NCBI GenBank assembly: GCA_023701005.1
Contig: JAMPXW010000001.1
Span: forward strand, 35,769 to 99,768
Direction of reading: 5' to 3'
Length of the DNA stretch: 64,000 nucleotides
From: Burkholderiales bacterium
GTDB lineage: Bacteria; Patescibacteriota; Minisyncoccia; Phycocordibacterales; UBA9973
Shown: positions 49,984 to 58,887 of the stretch, one piece after another
How positions within the stretch are numbered: position 1 is the first letter of the stretch
How the letters are laid out: each line of letters opens with the position of its first letter
Notes under the pieces: model-generated
What the model was told of the DNA's origin: nothing
Databases searched by the model: none
Seen by the model: only the letters and a program-made list of their open reading frames with translations
Made by a program: the position numbers and the translations under genes

Positions 49984-50063
49984 AATTTACTCCTTTTGAC
50001 AATGATCAAATTGCTTATTTAAATAAACATTACTACTACTTTACTTGTTCGTCAATACAAGTT

Positions 50064-51026
50064 TTAAAGCTTCACGACTTCTACTTTGGAGTTTTTGCCA
50101 GCCTCGCCTTTAGCAAGTCTAGGCGGGCCAAACCATTTTTGAGATAACTTTTTTATATTGGGAGTGATATCTGTGACGAGGATTCTAGCCTTTTTATTTT
50201 TTGAAAGTCTTTTTTCTAGCTCTTGATGTCGTGATAGATATTCTTTTAATTTTTTAGGAATTATTTCATCTTGAGAAATCACTACAACCTTTTTACCCAA
50301 AATTTTCTTAATCTCATTTTTATAAAAAGGATAATGTGTACAACCGAGGACCAAGGCATCCAATTTTTTATTAAGGAAAGGTTTTAAATATTTTTTTATA
50401 AATTGTATAGCCAAAGCTTTCTCCCCTTCTTCTATGAGTGGCACGAGCATTGGTGCAGAATTTTGAAATACTCGTGTATTTTTAGAAAAAGAATGGTTTG
50501 TTCTTTTTTCGGTATACGCAATATTAGTTTCGTTAACCACATTCAAGTTCGAGTGCGAGCCGTGAAAAAGAACTAAATCATTCTTTTTCTTTTTCAAATT
50601 AACCTTTTTAATCTCATCTGGAAAAGTATTTGAATTTATTGTCCCTGTTGTCCCAAGTATCCCAACCTTTTCATATTTTGCTGCTTCTTCTGCTGCAGGT
50701 ATGAGCACACCTAAAATTTTTCTCTCATGTTCACCCATCAATCTACGAGTATTATTATAATCTACTAAATATTCTTGTTGAATTCTTCTTAATGCTCTTG
50801 CTGAAGATGTATTGCAAGCAATGATAACGAGTGCACAATTTTCCTTCTTAAATAGATAATTCATCGCTTCTTTCGTAAATTCATATACAGCGTCATGAGA
50901 ACGATTGCCGTAAGGCACCCTCTTTGTATCACCTAAATATACATAATCATATTCTGGCATGGCTTTCCGTATAGCTTTCGCAATAATCAATCCACCTAGC
51001 CCCGAATCAAAAATCCCAATTTTCAT
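50064..51026 (-). CDS. murI: glutamate racemase with two repeat-derived insertions
   Basis: FDSGLGG, PYG, IACNT, LGCTHY. Confidence 0.95.
   Translation of the reverse strand: MKIGIFDSGLGGLIIAKAIRKAMPEYDYVYLGDTKRVPYGNRSHDAVYEFTKEAMNYLFKKENCALVIIACNTSSARALRRIQQEYLVDYNNTRRLMGEHERKILGVLIPAAEEAAKYEKVGILGTTGTINSNTFPDEIKKVNLKKKKNDLVLFHGSHSNLNVVNETNIAYTEKRTNHSFSKNTRVFQNSAPMLVPLIEEGEKALAIQFIKKYLKPFLNKKLDALVLGCTHYPFYKNEIKKILGKKVVVISQDEIIPKKLKEYLSRHQELEKRLSKNKKARILVTDITPNIKKLSQKWFGPPRLAKGEAGKNSKVEVVKL
50500..50573. repeat. ~72-bp dispersed element, copy 2 (in-frame within murI)
   Basis: Matches 30424-30495. Confidence 0.8.
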
Positions 51027-51046
51027 ATATTAGTATCTTAACACAA

Positions 51047-51835
51047 TTATTTTTTAATTTTTATCTCTGAATCTAACCTTTCGGCCTCTTTCCATGCTAA
51101 TTCATAAATTTTTTTCATAGCGTCTGCAATCTCAGCACTCTCTATTATAATTCCCAATTTTTCTCTCCATGATGCAATCATTATTTTATTATTATAAATA
51201 TTTATCTCTGGATGAAACCCAAATTCTTCACTAGGGACCAAAAGAGATTCCCGAATTTCTTCTTTATCCAAATCCGCACGATTTCGAGCTTCTTTTGATT
51301 CCGGGAAAATCGCTCTTATTTTTATACCTTTTCTTGCTCGTCTTTTATAATATTCTGGAAAATAATTAGGCAAAGTTGATTCCACGTCTTCCACACTTGC
51401 ATAAGCAAGAATCTCTTCAGTAGAAGTCAGCGTGTCCTCATAAACTTTTTGAAGTCCTTCTTTCCCCTCGTAAAACAAAACTTTCGGCCTATCTGTCATA
51501 TTATGTATTGATTTTAATTCAGGAATAATTTTTCGAGCTTCGTTAATACAAGATTGGTCATTCTCAATCTTTTTCAAAAGCATTTTTTCTATTTGATCTG
51601 GTGATTCAGCCACATATTCTTGTTTTGGCTCTTTCCCCGAAACTTTTACAAGTTCTTTTGATTCAAGAGAAGATAAAATATGATACCCAGTAGGACGATT
51701 TATACCTGCTTTTTTAGAAATCTGTGTGACAGTTCCTTTTCCTAATTCCAATAGAGCTAAATAGACTAAAACTTCCTTTTCAGAAAAGCCAATATATCCT
51801 AAAGTTTTCTTTAAACTCAAATTCTCATTTTCCAT
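51047..51835 (-). CDS. TrmB-family transcriptional regulator
   Basis: GFSEKEVLVYLALLELG HTH; PKVLFYEG; EINIYNNK. Confidence 0.88.
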   Translation of the reverse strand: MENENLSLKKTLGYIGFSEKEVLVYLALLELGKGTVTQISKKAGINRPTGYHILSSLESKELVKVSGKEPKQEYVAESPDQIEKMLLKKIENDQSCINEARKIIPELKSIHNMTDRPKVLFYEGKEGLQKVYEDTLTSTEEILAYASVEDVESTLPNYFPEYYKRRARKGIKIRAIFPESKEARNRADLDKEEIRESLLVPSEEFGFHPEINIYNNKIMIASWREKLGIIIESAEIADAMKKIYELAWKEAERLDSEIKIKK

Positions 51836-52013
51836 ATTGTTATTATATTCCAAGCCCCATATTTTGTCAATCTATGCGAACAAAATTTATAGTATTAATT
51901 TTTATCCTTATAAATAAGCTTATTTATTCACAGATTTTGCTCATACTACTTGACAATTACTTCTAATCTGCTATACTTGTGTTAAATAATGTTATTCACA
52001 AAAAGAGGTTACA

Positions 52014-52157
52014 ATGATAACAATTTCAGAAGAATTATTGTTATTTTTAAAAGTTATTTCTTGGTTTATAATTGCTCCAATTGTTACCCTTATCTGGGTA
52101 GACATAATTACTGGAATAAATTCAAAGAAATACACTTTTAAATTTAAAAAACGATAA
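52014..52157 (+). CDS. 47-aa single-TM peptide MITISEELLLFLKVISWFIIAPIVTLIWVDIITGINSKKYTFKFKKR (not in ORF track)
   Basis: TTGACA..TGCTATACT promoter at 51950-51977, SD AGAGGT, hydrophobic core and basic tail. Confidence 0.55.
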   Translation: MITISEELLLFLKVISWFIIAPIVTLIWVDIITGINSKKYTFKFKKR

Positions 52158-52190
52158 GTTGTGAAAAGTTCTTTAAAAAAGGAGTAAAAA

Positions 52191-52616
52191 ATGGAAGACG
52201 ATGTATACAAAACCGAAAAATTTAGAAGCGAGGCTATTCGTAATTTTTTAAGTTATCAAACAATCAAATATAATTTGACAAACGTAGCAACCTTGCAAAG
52301 AGAATTCTATCCAATAGTTTTTGAAAAAGAAGAATGTTCTATTGGTGAGATACAACTTAAAGACGGTTCTATTTACCTATGTGATGCAATCGTACCAAAC
52401 TCTGAAATTAAAAACGTATTGCTTGAGGTAAAAAGAATAAAAGACGAATGGTTAATCATTATGTCTGTTAATTTTTTTGGTTTAAAACTTTGTGTCCATC
52501 TTACAAAAGAAAAGAACGAATATCCCATTGATGGGCCAATAACGATAAAACCTAGGTTTAAAATAATTTGCAAGGCAGACGATTCATCTCTACATAGAAA
52601 TGACAATATGCCTTAA
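52191..52616 (+). CDS. orphan hypothetical protein
   Basis: SD AAGGAG; hairpin after the stop. Confidence 0.55.
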   Translation: MEDDVYKTEKFRSEAIRNFLSYQTIKYNLTNVATLQREFYPIVFEKEECSIGEIQLKDGSIYLCDAIVPNSEIKNVLLEVKRIKDEWLIIMSVNFFGLKLCVHLTKEKNEYPIDGPITIKPRFKIICKADDSSLHRNDNMP

Positions 52617-52711
52617 TTTTAGTTAATTTTTAGATTCGAGAAGGAATTACAAAAATTCTTTCTCGACTTTATAAAGTTAATAAAAAGGATTATTATTAAT
52701 ATATAAACAAA

Positions 52712-54379
52712 ATGAATAAAATTTGCAAAACATGCAAGAAAAGATTTGAAATGGATGAGGGAGATCTAAATTTTTATGAAAAAATGAAGTCTCCTCCACC
52801 AAATTATTGTCCAGAATGTCGTGTAGCACGTAGACTCGCTTTTCGTAATGAAAGAACTTTATATAAAAGAACTTGTAGTAAAAGTGGCAAACCAATAATA
52901 TCTATCTATCCTGAAAATACACCCTTCCCCGTTTACGACCAACATTTTTGGTGGGGAGATGATTGGGAAGCACTAGATTATGGGCAAGACTATAATCCAA
53001 ACAAAACTTTTTTCGAACAATTTCTTGAACTTAGAAATAAAATCCCGAGAATATCTTTGTTAAACATCAACGGAGTAAACAGTGATTATGTAAATAATTC
53101 AGAAGACAATAAAAATTGTTACCTTCTGTTTGCGGCACAGAAAAATGAAGATTGTATGTATGGTAGGTTGGTGTATAGAAGTCGTTTCGTTATTGATAGT
53201 GATTTCGTTCAAGATTCAGAGCTCTGTTACGACTGCATAGATTGCAGGAATTGTTATAATTGTTTACTTTGTGACAATTGCGAGACGAGCACTGACTTAG
53301 TCTCTTGTTTTAATTTAAAAGATTGCCAAAACTGCATTTTCTCAACAAATCTAAGACATAAAAATTATCACATTTTTAATAAACCATTTTCAAAAGAGGA
53401 ATTTGAAGAAAAGAAAAAAGAAATTTTATCTTCATATTCTAATTTAGAAAAAGCAAAAGAGGAATTTGAAGAATTTAAAAAGAAAGCCATTGTGAAATAT
53501 TCTTATCAAGTTAAATGCCATAACGCCACTGGTGATTATATGTACAATTGCCATGATGTTAAGCATGGCTTTGATACTGAAAATTCTAAAAACTGTAGAT
53601 ATGTGGCAGACGCAGAAAGTACGATAGATTGTTGGGATATGAATAATACATATTACAAACCAGAGCTCAATCTAGACGTGATGGGAGCACTGCAAACATA
53701 TAATGTTAAACATTCAGTCTATGCGTTAACTTCAAGTAATATTGAATATTGTGACAGTGTGCACAATTGCGAAAGCTGTTTTGGTTGTGTTGGTTTAAAA
53801 AAGAAAAAATATTGTATTTTGAATAAACAATACACAAAAGAAGAATATGAAAAATTAAAAAAAGAAATAGTAGAGAATATGAAAAAAGAAGGGATCTATG
53901 GAGATTTTATTTCCCCAGAATTATCTCCTTTTGGTTATAATGAAACTCTTGCACAAAACTATATGCCTCTAACAAAAGAAATAGCAAAAGAAAGAGGTTT
54001 CAACTGGCAAGAAGAAACTACAGGAACTTATGGCAAAGAAACAATGGCAAAGATACCTGAAACAATAGAAGAAATAACTGAAGACCCGTCTACAGACGAG
54101 GCAAGTATTTTGAAAGAAATTTTAGTATGTGAAGAATGTAAGAAAAATTTTAGAATAACAAAAGCTGAATTAGATTTTTACAAAAGGATGAATATTCCTT
54201 TACCTCATAAAGATTTCGAATGCAGGCACAGAGAAAGAATGTCTAAAAGAAATCCTCGAAAACTCTGGAATAGGAAATGCATGAAAGACGGTTGTCAAAA
54301 TGAATTTGAAACAGCCTATTCCCCAGATAGATCTGAAATAGTATATTGTGAATCTTGTTATCAACAAGAAATTTATTAA
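52712..54379 (+). CDS. Cys-rich zinc-ribbon/beta-helix protein (CPR-type), paralog 2
   Basis: Co-linear with 42047-43765 (CKTC, PPNYCPECR, WWGDDW, VYCESCY). Confidence 0.75.
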   Translation: MNKICKTCKKRFEMDEGDLNFYEKMKSPPPNYCPECRVARRLAFRNERTLYKRTCSKSGKPIISIYPENTPFPVYDQHFWWGDDWEALDYGQDYNPNKTFFEQFLELRNKIPRISLLNINGVNSDYVNNSEDNKNCYLLFAAQKNEDCMYGRLVYRSRFVIDSDFVQDSELCYDCIDCRNCYNCLLCDNCETSTDLVSCFNLKDCQNCIFSTNLRHKNYHIFNKPFSKEEFEEKKKEILSSYSNLEKAKEEFEEFKKKAIVKYSYQVKCHNATGDYMYNCHDVKHGFDTENSKNCRYVADAESTIDCWDMNNTYYKPELNLDVMGALQTYNVKHSVYALTSSNIEYCDSVHNCESCFGCVGLKKKKYCILNKQYTKEEYEKLKKEIVENMKKEGIYGDFISPELSPFGYNETLAQNYMPLTKEIAKERGFNWQEETTGTYGKETMAKIPETIEEITEDPSTDEASILKEILVCEECKKNFRITKAELDFYKRMNIPLPHKDFECRHRERMSKRNPRKLWNRKCMKDGCQNEFETAYSPDRSEIVYCESCYQQEIY

Positions 54380-54431
54380 TCCTCTCCTTCCCCGAAGCCC
54401 AGCTTCGGGGAAAATAAAATCCCCCAAATTT

Positions 54432-54866
54432 TTATTTTTTGGGGGTTTGTAATGGATGCTTTTCAATTTCTTTTGAAAGTTTTTCAGAAATAACTTTAAT
54501 GAAATCCCAAACATTATCGCTATGATCAATATAATCGTGACAATCTGTGCCAAAAGAAGCATTAATCTCAAAATAATTAATAAAGTCCACAGGATTTATA
54601 GGACCTACTTTAAGATACATATCACCAGACAATGCTCCTCTGCGGTAGAATTTTAAAAAGAATTTAGTTTCTCCCAGGAAAATAATCTCAGAATTTTCAT
54701 AACTTAAAAAGGTATCGCCTGCCACTATCTCGAGAGAAAGAGGGGTGATACCCGATATAAATTCTTTATCCTTTGTCTCCTCTAAAAATTTTTTTAAGAA
54801 ATTTTTTACACAAAATAATACTTTTTCTCCTTTTAGCTGAGCTCCTTTCAAAAAGAAAACCTTCAT
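54432..54866 (-). CDS. orphan protein, probable paralog of 48820-49341
   Basis: SD AGGAG; own TTGACA..TAGAAT promoter. Confidence 0.55.
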   Translation of the reverse strand: MKVFFLKGAQLKGEKVLFCVKNFLKKFLEETKDKEFISGITPLSLEIVAGDTFLSYENSEIIFLGETKFFLKFYRRGALSGDMYLKVGPINPVDFINYFEINASFGTDCHDYIDHSDNVWDFIKVISEKLSKEIEKHPLQTPKK

Positions 54867-55016
54867 GACGATCTCCTACGTCTTGTTTTGTTATAGTTGT
54901 TTAAACAGCTTTTTATTCTAAATTTATTCTACTAAATAAATTAAATATGTCAAGATGCTTATAAACACAAACAAAAAGCCCCCGAATCTTTAAAAAGATC
55001 GGGGGCACCGTATTTT

Positions 55017-56117
55017 TTACTTATTTTTGAAAGTAGTCAAAATATCTTTGAACTCTTTCATTTCCATAGAAAATTCACCTTCTACATTTAAGCCTTTTTC
55101 ATAACTTATCTGCAAACGTGTAATTTTCATTACTGACTCCACTTTTGATTCTGAAACAGATTTTTCTTTTGTTTCAACAACCGGTGCTGAAACTCTTTCA
55201 TCTGCCATTTCTTCCAAATTAATCTCTTCTTGTGGCATTGTTATGCCGTGAGAAATTTGTTTGATTTCTTCAGGAGAAATTCTGTCTACATTGATTATGC
55301 TGCCAGTTTCTAATTCTTTTTCATTCTGAATAAGAAATATGCCATCAAATTCAGCATCTACTGCTGTATATAATGGATTAAAACATGCTGCTTGGCAAAC
55401 CATTTGTTTTAACTCTTCTTCTCCTTCAAACAACACATAAGCCAAATATCCTGGTTCATTTTTAAAATTTGAAACAACATTTGAACCATCAGCAAAGAAA
55501 GAAACAAATCTACCAGTAATCCATCCTTTCAAAACTTCTCCAATTATTCGAAACTTTCTATGAAAAGTGCGAGTCGTTACCAACTCTATGTCTTTTCTCA
55601 TTTGTTCTTTGGTGATTGTCTCAAAGGCTGGAGCTTCATCAATCATCGGAGGTCCTGCTTGGACAGATGTTTCTACAACAGCAGCTTCTGCAATTTGTGA
55701 TTGTTTCCTTATTCTCTCTGCTATCAAGGCAATAATAGTAGCACAAAGAAGAATCAACAAAATTAACATAGCTGAGTCATCTTCTTTCTTGTGAGATATC
55801 TTAAAAGTTGGAGAATCTTTGTAATTCCCTGTCTTTTCTCTTAATGCTTTAACAGCTGCAGCCCACTTAGAATTAACTTCAATCGGGTCCGCTATGTAAA
55901 AAGTTTTTTCTCCTCCCAAAGAAACAAAAATCGTATCACCAACATCAAGACTATCGTGGTTTGGTGAAGGATTAATATTTTTTATTTCCAACCATTTTTG
56001 GCCAACATTGAATGCTGGGCCAGTTTCTCCGCCAGGTGCTTTTTGAGCATAGGTAAAAGAAAACGATGCAATTAACAACATTGCAAGAACGAATATTGAT
56101 TTTACAAAGGACTTCAT
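55017..56117 (-). CDS. exported/membrane-anchored hypothetical protein
   Basis: SD AAGGAGG; signal peptide ...FTYA|Q; internal TM. Confidence 0.65.
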   Translation of the reverse strand: MKSFVKSIFVLAMLLIASFSFTYAQKAPGGETGPAFNVGQKWLEIKNINPSPNHDSLDVGDTIFVSLGGEKTFYIADPIEVNSKWAAAVKALREKTGNYKDSPTFKISHKKEDDSAMLILLILLCATIIALIAERIRKQSQIAEAAVVETSVQAGPPMIDEAPAFETITKEQMRKDIELVTTRTFHRKFRIIGEVLKGWITGRFVSFFADGSNVVSNFKNEPGYLAYVLFEGEEELKQMVCQAACFNPLYTAVDAEFDGIFLIQNEKELETGSIINVDRISPEEIKQISHGITMPQEEINLEEMADERVSAPVVETKEKSVSESKVESVMKITRLQISYEKGLNVEGEFSMEMKEFKDILTTFKNK

Positions 56118-56327
56118 AAAACCTCCTTAGGTTTTTATTTTTTGGGTCTTGAAGAAGGTCAGATTGGCTTTATTCCCTTCTATTATTTTCACCCAAATTA
56201 ATTATTTTATACCAATCTAATATATAAAGTATAGCATATTCAGACCCTTTTGTCAAGGGATTGACGGCTCTAAAAAACACGCACATAATATAGATATATT
56301 AATAACTAACAAAATACTAATCAATTT

Positions 56328-56618
56328 ATGATCAGATGTATAGAAAGTACAATGTGGGGCAAAAATTTAAATCATAAATATATTTTATGGATTTATAATC
56401 ATGCAATAGAATTAGGATTAAAAGGAATTGTATTTTTAAAAAATGATGGAAGTATAAAGATAGTAGCTGAAGGAGAAGAAAACAATCTCCTTTTTTTTGT
56501 GAAGAAATTAAAACATGGAAGGTTCTTGATTCCCTTCTTTTCCCCTATTGAAAATTTCTCTGTACTTTGGCATGAGGCCAGAAATGAATTTGAAGATTTC
56601 TCTATCAGCGAAACTTAA
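56328..56618 (+). CDS. acylphosphatase-fold protein, degenerate active site
   Basis: AIELGLKGIV..NDGSIKIVAEG, C-terminal FEDFSI; no VQGVGFR loop. Confidence 0.6.
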   Translation: MIRCIESTMWGKNLNHKYILWIYNHAIELGLKGIVFLKNDGSIKIVAEGEENNLLFFVKKLKHGRFLIPFFSPIENFSVLWHEARNEFEDFSISET

Positions 56619-56715
56619 AAATCGTGAGAATTAAAAATTTTAAGAGTCGTGTTGGTCCCCTGTCCTTATGTCCCCGAGGGCGAAGGCTCAGAAATTTTTG
56701 AATTCTTATGATTTT
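56618..56715. repeat. ~98-bp element with imperfect ~24-bp terminal inverted repeats
   Basis: AAAATCGTGAGAATTAAAAATTT ... AAATTTTTGAATTCTTATGATTTT around a GC-rich core. Confidence 0.5.
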
Positions 56716-58256
56716 TATCTTACTCCGTGTTTAGTATGTAATTTTTCTACTTCCTTTTCTTCGAGCTCTTCTTTTTTTTCTTTACCCCTCTCCCCCAATA
56801 TTCTCAGTTCATTGTCGGAAAGCATATTTAAGGATTTAACTAATTCTGAAAGATGTTCTTTGGTATTTTTCGTCGCATCATCTAAAACTTCTTCTAAGAG
56901 CGCATGCAAAATCCATCCCATCCTCGGTCCTGGTTTTATCCCTAATTCTTTCATCATAAACTCTCCATCTATTTTGAGAGCTCCGACAGATATAGGGTCA
57001 TGTAAAGCTTCTTCTATCATCGCAAAATATTTTCGTAAACGATAAGGAGCTTCTTTTTTCTTCATGCCGACTCTGTCGCATTCACGCACATTCATTAGTG
57101 ACCAAATATTTTCAGAACCAACTTTTGTAATGATTCTTCTGACGGCAGAAAGTGTAATCAATTCTGTATCAGAAAAAAACATATGATTGCGGACAAGCTT
57201 GTCAACCAATTCAATTTCTTTTTTAAGAAATTTTAATCTTTCCATTATCTTTTTACTCATCTTAGAACTTATCACTTCATGACCATAAAAAGTATACTTT
57301 TTCTTACCAGAAGAAACTTCTCGTCTACTTTTTGGTTTTCCTATATCATGAAAAAGAGCAGCTAAACGTACTTCCAAGGACCAATCTTTATCAGCTGCAT
57401 GTTGCAATGCGTGGAGTAAATGATTCCAAACATCATATATATGTTCCCCTGATTGTTCACACCCTACACCATCTTCAAGTTCTGGAATGATATTTTTTAA
57501 AAGCCCCAGCCTTTGTAACATTTCAACACCAATAGCTGGGTTAGGAGAATTTATTATTTTTACAAATTCATCTCTTATTCTTTCCAGTGAAATATTTTTT
57601 ATCAAATCTGAATTTCTAAAAATACTATCAATAGTTTCATGAGAAACAGAAAAATCTAATTGCACTGAAAATCTTATAGCTCTGAGCATTCTCAAGGCAT
57701 CCTCCTGAAAACGATCATCAGCCTTCCCTACTGTCCTTAAGACTTTATTTTCAATGTCCTTTATACTTTCAAACATATCTACAAGGTGTCCTTTAGAATC
57801 TAACGCCAGCGCATTCACTGTAAAATCACGTCTTTTAAGGTCATCTTCAAGTTTAGTACTAAAAGAAACCTCATCTGGGTGTCTAAAATCACTATATTTG
57901 GCTTCTATTCTATATGGGGTCACCTCTACCATCTCATAAGAAATAGTTTCAGGTGAAACAACCTCATCTTGTGTTTCACCCTCCGACGCTAAAACTTTGG
58001 CGGACAAGTGCGGAACACATACAATAACAGTGCCAAACTTATTCTCATATATGGTCTTCTCAAATAGCCCCATGATTTGTTCTGGTTTTGCGTTTGTCGT
58101 TATATCCCAATCCTTTGGTTTTTTGTCGATAATAAGATCCCTGACACATCCACCAACAAGATACGCCTCAAAACCACCTTTTTCTAATGTTTTTGTTACA
58201 TATGAAACTTCTTTGGGTATTTTAGATATTAAATTTTTGAGTTCTATAGATGCCAT
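56715..58256 (-). CDS. cca: CCA tRNA nucleotidyltransferase with HD domain
   Basis: VGGCVRD, DWDITT, RRDFTVNA, EDALRMLR, LFHDIGK. Confidence 0.88.
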   Translation of the reverse strand: MASIELKNLISKIPKEVSYVTKTLEKGGFEAYLVGGCVRDLIIDKKPKDWDITTNAKPEQIMGLFEKTIYENKFGTVIVCVPHLSAKVLASEGETQDEVVSPETISYEMVEVTPYRIEAKYSDFRHPDEVSFSTKLEDDLKRRDFTVNALALDSKGHLVDMFESIKDIENKVLRTVGKADDRFQEDALRMLRAIRFSVQLDFSVSHETIDSIFRNSDLIKNISLERIRDEFVKIINSPNPAIGVEMLQRLGLLKNIIPELEDGVGCEQSGEHIYDVWNHLLHALQHAADKDWSLEVRLAALFHDIGKPKSRREVSSGKKKYTFYGHEVISSKMSKKIMERLKFLKKEIELVDKLVRNHMFFSDTELITLSAVRRIITKVGSENIWSLMNVRECDRVGMKKKEAPYRLRKYFAMIEEALHDPISVGALKIDGEFMMKELGIKPGPRMGWILHALLEEVLDDATKNTKEHLSELVKSLNMLSDNELRILGERGKEKKEELEEKEVEKLHTKHGVR

Positions 58257-58267
58257 CTATAATTCTG

Positions 58268-58338
58268 TGCGGCTAGGGAGAATCGAACTCCCGTCTCATC
58301 CTTGGCAAGGACGTGTTCTACCACTAAACCATAACCGC
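58268..58338 (-). tRNA. tRNA-Gly(GCC)
   Basis: Cloverleaf GCGGTTA...TTGCCAA...GTTCGATT...TAGCCGCA; no encoded CCA. Confidence 0.95.
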
Positions 58339-58501
58339 GTTATTATTCTAATAAAAACATATTTATTATTTTAACAATACAATTATAATATTTTATTGAA
58401 TATATTGCAATTTATATAAATAAACCTTTGTTTATAAGTCTTTTTATAAAAGAAAATTAATTTTGATAATTATATAAATAAAGAGTATAATTAATATTCT
58501 T

Positions 58502-58573
58502 GCACCCGTAGTGAAATGGATATCATACCTGCCTTCGAAGCAGTTGTTGGGGGTTCGAATCCCTCCGGGTGCA
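58502..58573 (+). tRNA. tRNA-Arg(TCG)
   Basis: GCACCCG...CTTCGAA loop...TTCGAAT...CGGGTGCA. Confidence 0.92.
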
Positions 58574-58887
58574 CACGGAAAAGTAAATTTACTTATCCTC
58601 CTCTTGTCCTTTATTTTTATCTTATTTTATAAGGATTTTATTAAAAACTGTGGATAACTATGTTGGTAATGTTTATAAAGGACACTAAATTTTTTTGTCT
58701 TTTAAGTCCATTTTGTCTAAAATAGCTTGTAAAATAAGGATATTTTGATAAAAGACACAAAAATGCTCTATTTGTTTCACATGAAACCAAAATAGTTCAT
58801 AAAGTAGAAAGTTTATAAGGTAAAAAGTAAATTAAACCTAAAAAAGCTTTGTACTTTAAGAACTTTACGAACCTTTAACTACTCAAT

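Noticed and set aside
47075-50056. Integron (tyrosine recombinase plus downstream repeated cassettes)
   Set aside because: The recombinase is Xer-sized without an evident IntI-specific insertion, and the repeats are terminators lacking attC RYYYAAC/GTTRRRY ends.
42047-54379. Diversity-generating retroelement TR/VR between the similar 3' ends of the Cys-rich paralogs
   Set aside because: Differences are not adenine-specific and there is no reverse transcriptase in the window; ordinary paralogy explains it.
48820-56117. Prophage or integrated plasmid
   Set aside because: No structural, terminase or replication genes; orphans are interleaved with core genes and have individual promoters.
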